This document shows positions 15,001-27,194 of a stretch of DNA of 64,000 nucleotides, in pieces (the stretch's first letter is position 1; each line of letters begins with the position of its first letter). The notes under the pieces were generated by a model. The model had not been told where the DNA came from, did no database searches, and was given only the letters and a program-made list of their open reading frames with translations. This DNA comes from Octopus sinensis. Lineage: Eukaryota. The DNA is taken from positions 85,622,001 through 85,686,000 of the forward strand of contig NC_043001.1 in NCBI RefSeq assembly GCF_006345805.1, written 5' to 3'. A program made the translations under genes and the position numbers.

Positions 15001-15420
15001 GTAGCCATTTGTGGGGTTAGAAAGTGTCGATTACATCGACTTCAGTGTTCAAATGGTACCTATTTTATCGACCTCAAACGATAAAAGTTAAATTCGAATC
15101 CGGAGGAAATTGAAATTGGGACGTGAATACGAATGACATGAAGCTGAGCATTCTCTCCGCCCTGCTAACAATTCTGTCAGCTCACCACCTTAATAATGAT
15201 AATAATAATAACGATAATAACAGTAACAGTAATAATGATAATGATGATGGTGATGATGATAATGATAATAAGTAGAAGTATTCTTACGGCTTCTCATGCT
15301 GTTCCATTCGGATGATTCGATCCTGCGGTCATTGTACTGGACACCAGCAGCTGCGAACAGCATACGGCAGATCTCAGCACGGCCACGGTGGTTGAAGTAG
15401 TGGAGAGTGTAGGAAGGCAT
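1177..15420 (-). CDS. S-crystallin gene A (GST sigma-derived lens crystallin), 6 coding exons, 215 aa: join(15288..15420,12332..12427,10824..10939,6091..6120,4172..4279,1177..1341)
   Basis: Spliced by hand with GT-AG at all five introns; 648 nt open frame: [215 protein letters not shown]. Met-rich, with GST N-domain Tyr8 and QS motif; typical octopus S-crystallin. Confidence 0.96.
2300..3851 (-). mobile_element. Penelope-like element remnant in gene A intron 5 (RT thumb plus GIY-YIG), with a fold-back inversion at its 5' end
   Basis: [20 protein letters not shown]...[14 protein letters not shown] (3338-3592); [15 protein letters not shown]...NTALSKLIW (2592-2900); inverted repeat 3680-3851 contains GGLYHDDC (RT YxDD-like). 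Confidence 0.75.
4172..4279 (-). CDS. S-crystallin A exon 5 ([36 protein letters not shown])
   Basis: Acceptor tattatag, donor CAG|GTAAGT; 108 bp. Confidence 0.95.
4694..4910. mobile_element. Mariner-like terminal remnant in gene A intron 4
   Basis: TACGAAGATATGCTGAAAAGTTCC resembles mariner TIR starts; no partner TIR seen. Confidence 0.4.
5797..6005 (+). mobile_element. Diverged SINE family 1 copy (others at ~11590-11780, 12640-12855, 17460-17635, 40045-40260, 41000-41200)
   Basis: AAGGCGGCAAGCTAGTAGAAACTTTAGCACGCCGG...GAGTTCAAAAT. Confidence 0.7.
6091..6120 (-). CDS. S-crystallin A exon 4, 30-nt loop microexon ([10 protein letters not shown])
   Basis: ctgtttcag|TTTCAGAGATCAAGAGACATGAATACCTCA|gtaagt; homologous microexon in gene B. 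Confidence 0.92.
7335..7392 (+). ncRNA. Type I hammerhead ribozyme fold
   Basis: CCTG-CTGATGA-[helix II GAAT/ATTT plus GGGAG/CTCTC]-GAAA-TCAgtTGA-TC-CAGG; helix I CCTG/CAGG; cleavage triplet AUC. Confidence 0.7.
10824..10939 (-). CDS. S-crystallin A exon 3 ([39 protein letters not shown])
   Basis: Acceptor ttctatag, donor GTAAGC; 116 bp. Confidence 0.95.
12332..12427 (-). CDS. S-crystallin A exon 2 ([32 protein letters not shown])
   Basis: Acceptor tttccag, donor G|GTAAGG; 96 bp, phase 1-1. Confidence 0.95.
13930..14076 (-). mobile_element. SINE family 1, internally deleted, Tx1-like tail, 11-bp TSD
   Basis: TSD CCGATGTTCTA at 13919-13929 and 14077-14087. Confidence 0.85.
14120..15190 (-). 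mobile_element. Head-to-tail cluster of ~5 SINE family 1 copies separated by (AAT)n
   Basis: Repeated AAAGTCGACC..GGAATTTGAACTCAG..GCTAACGATTC..CAGCTCGCC. Confidence 0.85.
15288..15420 (-). CDS. S-crystallin A exon 1 ([10 protein letters not shown]...SMRS)
   Basis: ATG at 15420 in a caaaacATG context; donor C|GTAAGA. Confidence 0.95.
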
Positions 15421-15521
15421 GTTTTGTTGTTGGTTGTTGTTGAAGAGTGTAACGTAACTTTGTACAGGGTAAGACCTGAGGTATAACAGTTGGCTTCTAG
15501 CTGTGTAGATGGCTAACTGGT

Positions 15522-15555
15522 CACTGAGATTTCGACCAGCCTTCCAGTATATATA
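15522..15555 (-). promoter_or_regulatory. Core promoter of gene A: TATA box (TATATATA 15555-15548) and initiator TCAGT (TSS ~15525)
   Basis: TATA-to-Inr spacing of 30 nt, ~105 nt upstream of the ATG. Confidence 0.7.
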
Positions 15556-15814
15556 GCCGTTGAAAATTATACATGATTGCCAAATGTCCTCAGCGTACTG
15601 TTTACAATTCTGGTACAGAAGAATGAGACACCCGTAATGATTCAGCATTTAATTGGAGCAATGACAATTTCAAAAGAACTAATAGATATCTCTGGTGAAC
15701 TAGTTTAAATGTACTTTTAATGTCCTCACTCACATCATCATTCATATATACACTCAGTACACTCACACGCAAACAAGTACGCACGCACGCAAGCACATGG
15801 GCATGAAATCATAC

Positions 15815-15870
<56 letters not shown>

Positions 15871-15996
15871 TGAGTGTGTATATGTCTGTGTGGGTGGTGG
15901 ATGTGTGTGTGTTCACGCATACATATATGTGTGTATAGGTGTGTATATGTATAAAGGAATATATATATATATATTTATATATATATATATGTGTGT

Positions 15997-16370
15997 AGCT
16001 TGCTTACCAACCACATGGTTAGGGGTTCAGTTCCACTGCGTAGCACCTTGGGCAAGTGCCGACCAAAGCCTTGTGAGTGGATTTGGTAGACGGAAACTGA
16101 AAGAAGCCCGTCGTATATATTCATGTATATATGTATGTATGTGTGTGTGTTTGTGTGTCTGTGTGTGTCCCCCCAACATCGCTTGACAACCGATGCTGGT
16201 GTATTTACGTCCCTGTAACTTAGCGTTTCAGCAAAAGACTCGGATATAATAAGTACTAGGCTTAAAAAGAAGAAATGAAGGGGTCAATTGTTCGACTAAA
16301 GGCGGTGCTCCGGCATCGCTACAGTCAAATGACTGAAACAAGTTAAAGACTAAAAGATTAAAAGAGTATG
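15997..16370 (+). mobile_element. SINE family 2 (tRNA head, CACCTTGGGCAAGTG core, internal microsatellite, 3' module)
   Basis: Homologous to 30010-30525(-), 25470-25915(-) and 39270-39730(-). Confidence 0.8.
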
Positions 16371-16406
16371 TATATTCATTTGTACATATACATATACATA
16401 TATATA

Positions 16407-16529
<123 letters not shown>

Positions 16530-16714
16530 TATATTGTTTCTTTATTTTATTCTCCATTCTCTAAATTTATTTCTGTCTTCTAAAATCATGATCACCAGTT
16601 TTCTCTAGGATTTAGACTGCAGAAAAATGTCTGCTTGGCAAGTAAATTTGAAGGTAGTTGTAATACAAATAAATAACTGAATCAGACATTAAATGCATTA
16701 ATACATTAAACATA

Positions 16715-17061
16715 TACGGTGGTCCTAAAGTCTTGTCACCCCTACCGAAAAGTAATAAGAGCAAAAAAGGAACGATATAATATCAAACACGTGTACTGGT
16801 TTTAAGACTCACTTTCATCGACAAGGACAATGTCACACATCGAGTTCTGTATGAGTACCAGCATTTTCCTGATACAAAATGATGTGGCGCTATGTCCTGT
16901 GTGATATTTTACGAAGCTGTGCTTTGGTGATTGTTGCAAAGGCTACCGAAACAGCTTCCTTCAAATGTTGGGTATCCTGGTATCGCTCTTGTGAAACTCT
17001 CCTTTATAATAGAAAATTGAAACAATATCAAGTAGTATCAAGGCTTTCGGACCACCTTGTA
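16715..17061. mobile_element. MITE (Tc1/mariner-type TIR GGTGGTCC(G/T)AAAG), ~350 bp
   Basis: TIRs at both ends; homologous to 55069-55410 in opposite orientation. Confidence 0.75.
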
Positions 17062-18304
17062 GATAACTGGAAAAAAAAGCCAAAACACAATCATTCAATG
17101 TTATGAACAAAGACAGATAAAAAAATATTAATGGGTGAGATTTTTATTTTTATTTTTTTTGTTTAAGAAAAAGCAATGTTTCGCTCGCAGATAATTATGA
17201 TAGATAACGTAGAAAGCGATTTTGTTCGGCTGTCTGTTAGAATCGGTTGAAAGACTAACATTCCGGTTTATCTTTTGTGTTCAAATTTCGTCGCGTTCGA
17301 TGTTAGCTTTCAGGAGTTTGATACCGATAAAATAATACATAGATGAATTTCTTTTGAGCTCTAGGATCCATACTTTGTTTCCCTGGCGTATACATGATCG
17401 AAATCTTAACATACGTCAGACGTGGACGCCGATCCGTTGCAGATTTTAGTTTAGTGAATTTAGACAATCTGGTTACATCACCTTTCAGGACTTGACTGGT
17501 GCTTTATATTGTCGACCACGTAGGGATAAATGATAAAGTTGAACTGGGATTTGAACTGAGTTGATGAAGAGACGAGAGAAGTGTTCCTAAACACTTTCTC
17601 CAACGTGCTAATAATTCGCCATCTCGCCGCCTATGAATCAATTATTTGGTAAATATAATCGATATTTTCCTCCGCACCAAATATGTGGCCCTCTTTTTTT
17701 TTATCCTAAACAATATTAAGCCTTTCTCTATTGATTTCTATTGTTAATTTGCTGAACATTCTCTCTCACAAAAATCATTCCAGCCTCCTCAGATTTTAGC
17801 TTTGTGTCTCTATTAGAAATTGATTTATAGTTATACCCATGTAAGTTACGAACAATTATCCTTGTTATTCGAGATTGGGTTTGTACTTAAAATAAGTATT
17901 CTCAGTTTTCATACCAAGTATCTTCCCATCGATTAATTCTTACAGCTATTTACTTGGTGACTTTAACAGATATATTTTGTCTTCGTAGAAACTAGTCAGA
18001 AACAAATAGTGAGATCTATTTATCATAGTCAGTATTTTATGTCAGTTTTTTTCGTAAAATGATTTATTTATAGCACATTTGTGTGATTAGACAGCAAAAA
18101 AATCGACAGTATTTTCGTATATTATTCGTTCAAGTGTTTTTCTCCTTATCTCTTATAATCTTTCATATAAGTTAGCGTTTTTTGTGTATCCACTTTTGCA
18201 GGATACTGAAAATGGAAAACTTCTCCTTTCCAGTTGAGTCTCAGTATTGTTTGATGTTAATTATGTATTACATTTTCGCTTTAGCTGTAATTAATTTTTT
18301 TCTG

Positions 18305-18385
<81 letters not shown>

Positions 18386-18416
18386 TACATATTTATATAC
18401 ACATACATATATATAT

Positions 18417-18830
18417 ATATATAATATAATTCGAGACAAAACCACTATTTTAAAACCAAACAAGGAAAGACTTAATCAATACATAAAATTTTAATATAAA
18501 TTAAATAACCGCCACTACAAATGTTTCATGTCTGCTACCGACAATCTTCAGGTGGATTTTCGATCTTCTAATCAGTATCAAAATTTGATACTGATTAGAA
18601 GATCGAAAATCCACCTGAAGATTGTCGGTAGCAGACATGAAACATTTGTAGTGGCGGTTTATTTAATTTATATTAAAATTTTATGTATTGATTAAGTCTT
18701 TCCTTGTTTGGTTTTAAAATAGTGGTTTTGTCTCGAATTATATTATATAATATTTTACTATAAAATTGGATTTAACCCTAAATCTGATTTTTCCCTGTAA
18801 TTTTGGATTCATTCCCTAATATTTATTATT
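18417..18830. repeat. ~330-bp near-perfect palindrome (18417-18749) plus an 80-bp tail, between (TA)n tracts; PLE pLTR-like
   Basis: Arms are reverse-complementary with one 1-nt indel; centre ~18583. Confidence 0.9.
18611..18654 (+). ncRNA. Type I hammerhead ribozyme fold (mirror copy on - strand at 18512..18555)
   Basis: CCAC-CTGAAGA-T-TGTC(ggtagca)GACA-T-GAAA-CAttTG-TA-GTGG; triplet GUA. Confidence 0.7.
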
Positions 18831-18854
18831 ATATATATATATAATATATATATG

Positions 18855-18907
<53 letters not shown>

Positions 18908-19052
18908 ATATATATAATATATATATATGTTTGTTACATATATATATATATATGTATGTATGTAATTGCATACATACGTGTACATATGTTTACACATAAG
19001 TACACACAAAATAGACACAAACACATACAGACACACACATACACACACATAC

Positions 19053-20597
19053 GTTTCTTTACTAGCCACACAGGGCTGAACACAGAGAGGAAAAATACAA
19101 AGTGGAGCTATTCTTTTTGGGAAGGAAAGAAAAACATAGGGTGTTAGAATTTTGATCAAAAGAGATTGTGGAAAGACAAAAAAAGAAAGAAAAGAAAGCC
19201 GAACAATAGGGATCGTGTATCGCAGAAATGTAATAATACAAAAGGGGAGACAGATTAGGTTTATCTCTGGAAAGAAAAGCCTACGGAAAAGACCAAGGTA
19301 ACCTCAGGCAATAATGTCATGCAAAAAACACCTTACAGTAAATTACTCTTTCTTCCTTTCTTTTTCTGGTTCATAGGATTATGCTCTAGGTGTCTCCGTC
19401 ATTCACCCATTTCTTTTAAACATTCACCTATCTTTTTTTGAAGCATTCCCTAAAGAAAATTTTCCTCTCTACTCTCACCTTCCTCTTCAAGTGATACTTG
19501 AAGAAGTTGAAGAGAGATTCACCAGAGAGGAAAGTATTTGTCTTTATACCTTTCAGACGCGTCCACCATACACATTCTTTCGCCATAGTCACAAGTACGA
19601 AGAAAATGGCTCTTCCTTCTCGTTTCAAGGAACGAGGCGCGACAATATTAACGATAGACACGGTTGATAAAGTGACTCGTCCCATACGCGATAGCCCACA
19701 CGTCGGAAATGGTTGGACACAGTACGAGTGCGTGCAGAACGATTTCGTTGCTCTGATCGCATCTAGGACAGGTCGGCCCCGTGTTTCTCGAGCCATGCCT
19801 GAAGAGCTTATCCCTAACGGGTAACGCTTCTCGATAGCACTGCCAGGCCAGGGATCACTGGAAGTTGTCTATGGTCCTGGCCCGAAAGTTGTCTTGAACT
19901 GGCGGGTCAGGTATTCCTCGTCGACGCGCAGGTGCGGGAAAGCGCTCCTCACGAACGGCGACCAAACCTGTTCACCGCTGTCTACGTAGAGCCGGCGATG
20001 TCGCAGTCTCAGCGCGTGTCTGCGCATCAGGAACCACGGCATGCCCAGCCCTCCTTTTAACGGGTTTTGGCAGCAAACGGATCACCTGACCATCGGGACA
20101 CATCCTTTCCACAAGAAGATAAAGCGTTCCAATTTGGTGGTGGTGGTGGTGGTGGTAGGTCGGGACAAGGCACGATGGTCAGGTGGTAGTTGATGACGGA
20201 CGCGATGTACGTGTTTGCCACCTCCGCCCGACATTTTATGAACAGCTTCTTCTCGGCCCATTGCCGGGCGAGAGTGACAACCCTACGCGTTATCTCGTTC
20301 CAGTTCTCCATTTGGAGGTCGGAACTAAACCAGACCCCGAGCAATCTGACCGGACCAGCAGTCTAGCGTCCTATGACTGAGGCGCTGCTGGATGACATGG
20401 GCTTGCTTCTCCAGGTGCTGAGCCGCAAGTCCGCTGACTGTTCCCGGTTGATTTTCGATCCTGTTACCACTTTGTAGGCTTTCAGTACCTCGTCGACCAG
20501 CTCGATGTGCTTCTGGCTAGACACTATGACTGTGACGTCGCTCGCGTATGCGGACATGCTCGTCCCGCATCCCAATTCTCGCGGGATGCCCCTCATG
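19053..20597 (-). mobile_element. Second, more decayed, internally deleted copy of the same Tx1-like LINE
   Basis: RGIPRELGCGTSMSAYASDVTVIV and FFKYHLKRKVRVER match the 27-30 kb copy; same 3'UTR and terminus. Confidence 0.9.
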
Positions 20598-20741
20598 ATC
20601 AAAACAGTTTCATTCAAATTCGTTGGTACACTTGGGTTTCAAACGTGATGCTAGTCTTCAGCCACTTTGAATTTAAGTTTGAAGGTCCGTAGTGTCGTGA
20701 TTTGATGTTGGTGTAACAATCAGGCTCTGATGTGATTTCCT

Positions 20742-20744
<3 letters not shown>

Positions 20745-20788
<44 letters not shown>

Positions 20789-20859
20789 TGTATACAGATA
20801 TACATATTTATATACTATATATACATATATATATATGCATATATACATATATATTTATA

Positions 20860-20924
<65 letters not shown>

Positions 20925-20932
20925 CATATTAT

Positions 20933-21004
<72 letters not shown>

Positions 21005-21055
21005 ATATATATATGTATGTTATATATATACATACATACATTCATACATATACAT
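20745..21055. repeat. Long interrupted (TA)n microsatellite (similar at ~940-1060, 6520-6650, 10320-10660, 16380-16530, 25000-25300, 26450-26740, 57395-57610)
   Basis: Direct reading. Confidence 0.95.
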
Positions 21056-22991
21056 AGGTGAGTACTAGGTAGTTTGTCTTATTCTAATCAGTTTACTATA
21101 TCTTGCATCTGAAACTTATTTAACCAATTCTAACTATTTTGTGATATTTCTCTATTTCTGTTTCATGTATTAAGTATCCCCTACCTGTATAATCTAAAGG
21201 ATTCACTTAATCTTTTAGTCTTTTCATCACTTTGCTTCATTTCTAATTTATCGCACTAATATTGTCGTGTTTGGAGGAACTGGTATATAATTGCATTTCG
21301 GGCATTCGGTTTAGTATTAACATCATAATAACCTTAGTCTTCTCTAGAACACGTATTTAATTATGATACCTCTATTACTGTTATCTGTCTCATATCGGTT
21401 TCATCTACCTCTAAATATTTTATGTACAGGGTTGTATTCTAATTATCTTATTTTAGTGCCTAAACCTGAATATTTTCCGCTTTACCACATTTTACTATGA
21501 AATCATTAACTAATCGCTCTTCAGTGTCACTAAGCTCGATATTTGTAGACTGTTAATAATTTATACTGGAGATGAAAGAGGTGATGAGCACGCACTTTTG
21601 GAAGACGGCCAATTTTTGCATAGATTATCTATTGCATTTCAGTTCTTTATGGTGAAACTTTACGAAATTAATGATAATTATCTGTAAAAATCCTTTTGCG
21701 TAACTAAATATATTTTTTTAAATGACGAACTCTGTGCAAATTGGTTTGCGTTAGCAAACTTTGTACATTTAAGTTCATGACTTTCAAAGAGATCGTTTCT
21801 GGTGGGAGAAAGAAGAATCGTTTGTTTTGGGATTGGAAATTCCTCAAGAGAAACCGAACCTTGGTATGTTCTACAATAAGTGAACATTATATACCTGGAA
21901 CATACGCATATTTAAACTCATTATCATCATTAGATATTGTAGATTTCGACCTTGGTAAAACTTTTTGAAAGTAATAAAACTTAAATTTACTTTGGCATTC
22001 ACGAACTTTATATGCATCGATATAGAATTTTTATCCATAGAGAATTTTGTCTGATAATCTGGTACCACTAGTGTATGTTCAGGCAGTCGGTTCCCCTACT
22101 AGACTTGCTAAGAAAGTGATCTGTTAAAAGGACGAATGAAACCAACGCACGTCAACGACTATTTAGCAATAGCATATGGATTTCTGGATTCTGGGACGGC
22201 GCCTGATACTATATCAGACAATAAGTGTGATGTAATCCTTTGTAATTCCTTAGTAAATCATAGCTCTAGTAGAAGGCACTACTATGTTCACAGTTAAGGC
22301 AATTATATATGTTTGACAGCAGTCAGAGTTCTGAAGCATTTGAAATTACCAGACTAGTATAGAGACAAGTCCGAGCAGGAACACCCATTGCCTGTGAACG
22401 TTTGCAACGTGAAAAAGTATATAGGAGTCAACGTAGATAGGAAATCACATCAGAAGACACATTAGGGCCCACCAACCATATTCGTCCACAAAGACGTAAC
22501 GAATAGATGCAAAGAAAGAGAACTGTGCCTGGGGCCATGATTCACTGTCATGAGGAGCATTGATTCTCAGTCATGTATTCGTATAGAATATAACAAGGCT
22601 TTACATACAGTTGCTCATGATACTTAAAGGAATTAATTACAAACATTAATTTCAGGATAACTATTTCTTTCAAATTCTGATGTTCTAATTTCAATCTGCG
22701 ATTCTTGAATATTTCTCATCATTATACACACACAAAATTGGAGGTGGCGAAGTCGGCAGCTTCTTCGTAAAGGTGGTCGATTCTCATGTGTTCAACGATA
22801 AAACCAGCTCAATGCTATTGAAATAATAATAGTGATAAATAAATAAATAATAATATTAATAATAATAATAATAATAATAACAACAACAACAACAACAATA
22901 ATAATAATAATTCTTATAGTAAAAATCTTCCGTATATATATATATATATATGCGAGTATCATGACCAATTTGGTTGTTCGCATTATATTCT

Positions 22992-23433
22992 TATTGGGTC
23001 AGCCCAAAAATAATGCGGTGTTTTTTATACTTCTTTTATTCTTCAAAATTATATAAAGTACTTTTTTAATCTGAAATATACTCTCCTTCATTTTCTACAA
23101 TGCTTCTCCAGGGCTTGCAGGCTGATCTCGTCGTGCTCTACAGATCATGCAGGACAAAGCTTGTCTTTTAGGCTGTAGTTTCCGGCTCGGCGTTTTTGGA
23201 ACCACTGGTGACATTGGCTTACGTTTATTGTCCGATCCACATATATTGCATTGATATTCCCCGCACTTTTGCAAAATATGCCGAATATGCCCTTTGACAA
23301 TTCCATTATAGCTTCGAAAAAATAACTGTTTAAATCGAACTGCACTCTTCAAATCTGCAGTAAGAATAAATACATACCCCTCCGACTTTTAATTCATGCA
23401 ATGAAAACCTATTATTTATAGGATGACCCAATA
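22992..23433 (-). mobile_element. Internally deleted mariner element with TIRs and TA duplication
   Basis: TA-TTGGGTCA...TGACCCAA-TA; NINAIYVDRTINVSQCHQWFQKRRAGNYSLKD is a mariner N-terminal HTH. Confidence 0.8.
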
Positions 23434-23969
23434 TAACCACCGAATCATGCAAACACAGCTGCATATAATGTGTATGCATAAAAAATGTTACATATAGGCA
23501 GAAATACTCAAGCATAAATAGACAAAATTACCAATTGTGTACACCTTTTTCTTTTGGCTTCTATACGTAGCAAAATGAGGTAGCTACCTCTGAAAGTTTT
23601 TGCAATGTGTTGACACAAACATGCAACGTTTCATTAAGTGTTTAACTCAATTGCCAATATGTTATGAAAATCATGAAACGGAACACGGATACCACCAATG
23701 CTAATGTTATCAATATCAGATGGCAGAATAATGTAACAGAACAACGTACCGAAATCATATATATGAGTTTGATAATCCTGACATGATCGAAAGTGCAAAT
23801 ATTAAAACGTACATTTTGCGCCTGAGTTTAACGAAATTAAATCTTTTAAGTATATCTACGTGTCTTAAGAGACAGTCATAACTCTATGCGAAGCTGATAG
23901 CTGTCGATTCAATACAACTATTTCAATCAACATTGATAACAGCTATTTGAAAGTTAATCTCATAATTCT

Positions 23970-24306
23970 GAGATCCCCTTCAGTCAGGAAACACACCATG
24001 GGATTGCACCTAGAAAGTTATCCTCCCAGATACAAGTCCGGGCTAGATTGTTTATGGAAGACCCGCAGTCGCTCATGCATACCGGTTTCCCCTCTCCACG
24101 TCACCAGTGTTATCCAAGAGAAAGGAAAATGCCGATGCAGCTTGGAGCCAGTGATTTCGCAACTCCTTTCTACAGCTGAGTGAACTGGAGCAACGTGAAA
24201 TAAAGTGTCTTGCTCAAGAACACAAAACGCAGCCCGCTCCAGGATTCGAACTCACAACTTCACGATCGTAAGTTCGACGCTTTAACCATTGAGCCATGCG
24301 CCTTCA
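23970..24306 (-). mobile_element. SINE family 4 (tRNA head plus TTCTTGAGCAAGACACTTTATTTCACGTTGCTCCAG core); relatives at 35785-36060 and 50712-50955
   Basis: GGCGCATGGCTCAATGGTTAAAG...GAGTTCGAATCC. Confidence 0.8.
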
Positions 24307-24599
24307 CTTATCTCATGATATACCACTTCTATTAACATGATCGTGAATTGAATCTCTAAGAATATGAAAATGTAACATATGGTTCATTTAAAGATCATAA
24401 AGGCAATATTTTGACAATCACAAAAGTTGAGAAATATATTTCAACAAAAATAAAACAGTTGGTGCCAGCACAAATGTTTATGATACCATAATTTGTAACA
24501 TTAAACAGGTCACCTCTCTTCCATTTTGGAAAGATACTTCGTGTTATGAAATGATGAGACTTAACAATCGAGAATCTATTGAAAGTTTTGAGAAGTGGC

Positions 24600-24960
24600 A
24601 ATTTGAACAGCGTCCAAAGGCTGATCATCGCATTCACTGACAAATATTTCAAAATACCTACTTTTTAAGTATTTTGTTGAGTTAACGTCCTTCCAAATTA
24701 TATTGCTAAAACATACTGACCTACATACATTCAAGTGGATAATCGTACAAAAATCCATGCCTTTTGTTAACGAATCTCAGAAATGCAACTTATGCGTATC
24801 TGAGACATCGCATATGCTTTTTAGGACTAGAGATTCCACCGCACTGCTGAATTGCAGCTCAGCAATTGGACTTATTTCCTCTCCAGATTCCTTCTACAAC
24901 AAAAGATTTATTATAGCTGTAAGAACAAAAGGAGATAACTCTATTTTTTTCTTCGCAGCA
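24600..24960 (+). mobile_element. Decayed PLE C-terminal fragment
   Basis: FKWIIVQKSMPFVNESQKCNLCVSE resembles the W-x-I...CxLC-xxE end of PLE GIY-YIG proteins. Confidence 0.55.
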
Positions 24961-25243
24961 GAGTTTGAGGTCAATCTGTGTCAAGCGGCTTTACTCTGCG
25001 TACATATATATATATAAATATATATATGCATATACATACATATACGTACGTTTTAATATACATATATATATATATATAATATTTATATATATATATATAT
25101 ATTATATATATAATATATATATATATCTATATATATATATATATATATACATATTATATATGCTATATATGTATGTATACATATATATCATATCTATATA
25201 TATATATATATATATAAATATATATGTGATGTGTGTGTGTGTT

Positions 25244-25277
<34 letters not shown>

Positions 25278-25916
25278 TGTATGTATGTATGTATGTATGT
25301 ATAACAATATTTTCATCCCTAGACATTTTCTCTCCATTTTTCTTCTTTTCAACAATTTCTATTGACGATCGTAGGCTCAAAAAGTCAAGGCATTTCCATC
25401 TTTCCGCAGTGTCAAACTAATGCGCACGTACTTCTTGTTCCCTCGCCTATCTTCGTCTCCTTTATGATTGCAAGCATGGTGGAGTATTACCTCGAAAAGT
25501 TTTAGTCCAAGCAATGGATACCAGTATTTATTCGGTGTAATTCTGGAACTTATTCTATCGACCGCCTTTGCGGAACCGCCGTAACGTGGACGTAAACGCA
25601 CCAAAATCGGTTGACAAGGGATTATGATCTAACAGACCACTTTAAATGGTGTTAGCCAGTCAAAGCTACCCTAGGACTTACTTTTTTAAAAGTCCAGTAA
25701 TTATTCCATGTCACTTTTGCCGGTCTGGTAACTAAACACAGACACAAAGACGTACACACAAAGACGTAGATATTTATATATACATGTAACCATTTATATC
25801 CATTCAGAAGGTTTTGCTATAGTAGAAGACAGATGCCCAAAGTGCCCTGCAGTGGGGCTGAACACGGTACAATGTCGTTGGGAAGCAAGCTTTTTACCAC
25901 TCAGCTGCGCCTGCGT

Positions 25917-25961
<45 letters not shown>

Positions 25962-26585
25962 TTTCGGTATGTGCTCATCCATGTGTTTATATGCGTAGTT
26001 GAAGCAGGATTATCAGCGATAATATATTAGCAAGTAAATAAGATAAATCAGATATTGATATGGCAAAGAACAGAAAGTTTCTGATTCTCACGGTACTCCG
26101 TAAGAAGCAGAGATAAAGAAGCTGCATCATTTACCTTTGGAAGTTTCCTGTAGATAAAGAAACAAACTTACGTTCAAACAAATAATTTGATGATATATAT
26201 AGATAAAGCGGCATGTTTGAAAACCTTTAACGCTTAGAAAATTTGCGGAGATAGAAAATTTACAACAATACTCTAGTGAAGCTGCCAATATTTAAGTGCT
26301 TACCTAGTGAGTTAATGGCACTTCGGTAGAATATTTTTAAAGAATATCTTGATAATGTGAAAGAATGTGTTCATACATAGAAATGCATGAGAGTGGATGT
26401 ATGTGTGCGTAAGTTATACATCCATAGGAATTTTATTTTCAAATAATCTAACACACACACAACATATATATATACATAATATATATATATACATATAAAT
26501 ATATATGTATATATGTAATATATATATATATATGTCTACACACACACGCACACTCACATATATATATATATATATATTGTACTAC

Positions 26586-26654
<69 letters not shown>

Positions 26655-26681
26655 TTATATATATGTATACCACACACACAC

Positions 26682-26726
<45 letters not shown>

Positions 26727-27194
26727 GCACGTGCACATACATATGTGAAGTATTACAGGATAGAGATAAAATTATTAACGTTGCTGTAGAAAGCCAGTAC
26801 AATGCAAGTTGGAGATAAAGAAATAGAAAGAGAAGTAAAATAGAATAAAACAGTAGTTTATAGTCATATCTTAAACCTCAATTTTTCAGGGATAAAACTA
26901 TTTTATCAACAGTAAGAGAAGATGGCGGGGAGCAGATATCTTTTGCACAAAAAGCTTTCTGAAATATATCACCTTCTTAGAAATCTCCGTTTTGTTTTGT
27001 AGAGATACTTTAACCCCGAAATATCGAGAAATATTGTAAAAGCGAAAACAGCTGTTTGATTTGTTTCACATTTTTCCCCCTTTCCGTCCATCTTTAAAAG
27101 ATATTGTACGGCTTCTATGAAAGAATGCTAGGATTTGTAACAAAGATCAATGCCATCAATGCATGCATGGATCCATCTATCATATTATCTATCT

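Noticed and set aside
14120-15190. Regularly repeated motifs resembling a CRISPR or tRNA array
   Set aside because: ~200-bp diverged SINE copies in eukaryotic DNA; no cloverleaf and no constant repeat/unique spacer structure
15190-15648. 152-aa ORF extending upstream and downstream of crystallin A exon 1
   Set aside because: The true start is ATG 15420 (matches gene B, lies downstream of TATA/Inr); the C-terminal part is intron read-through
21060-22070. Possible decayed transposon coding sequence
   Set aside because: No recognisable motif; cannot be supported without a search
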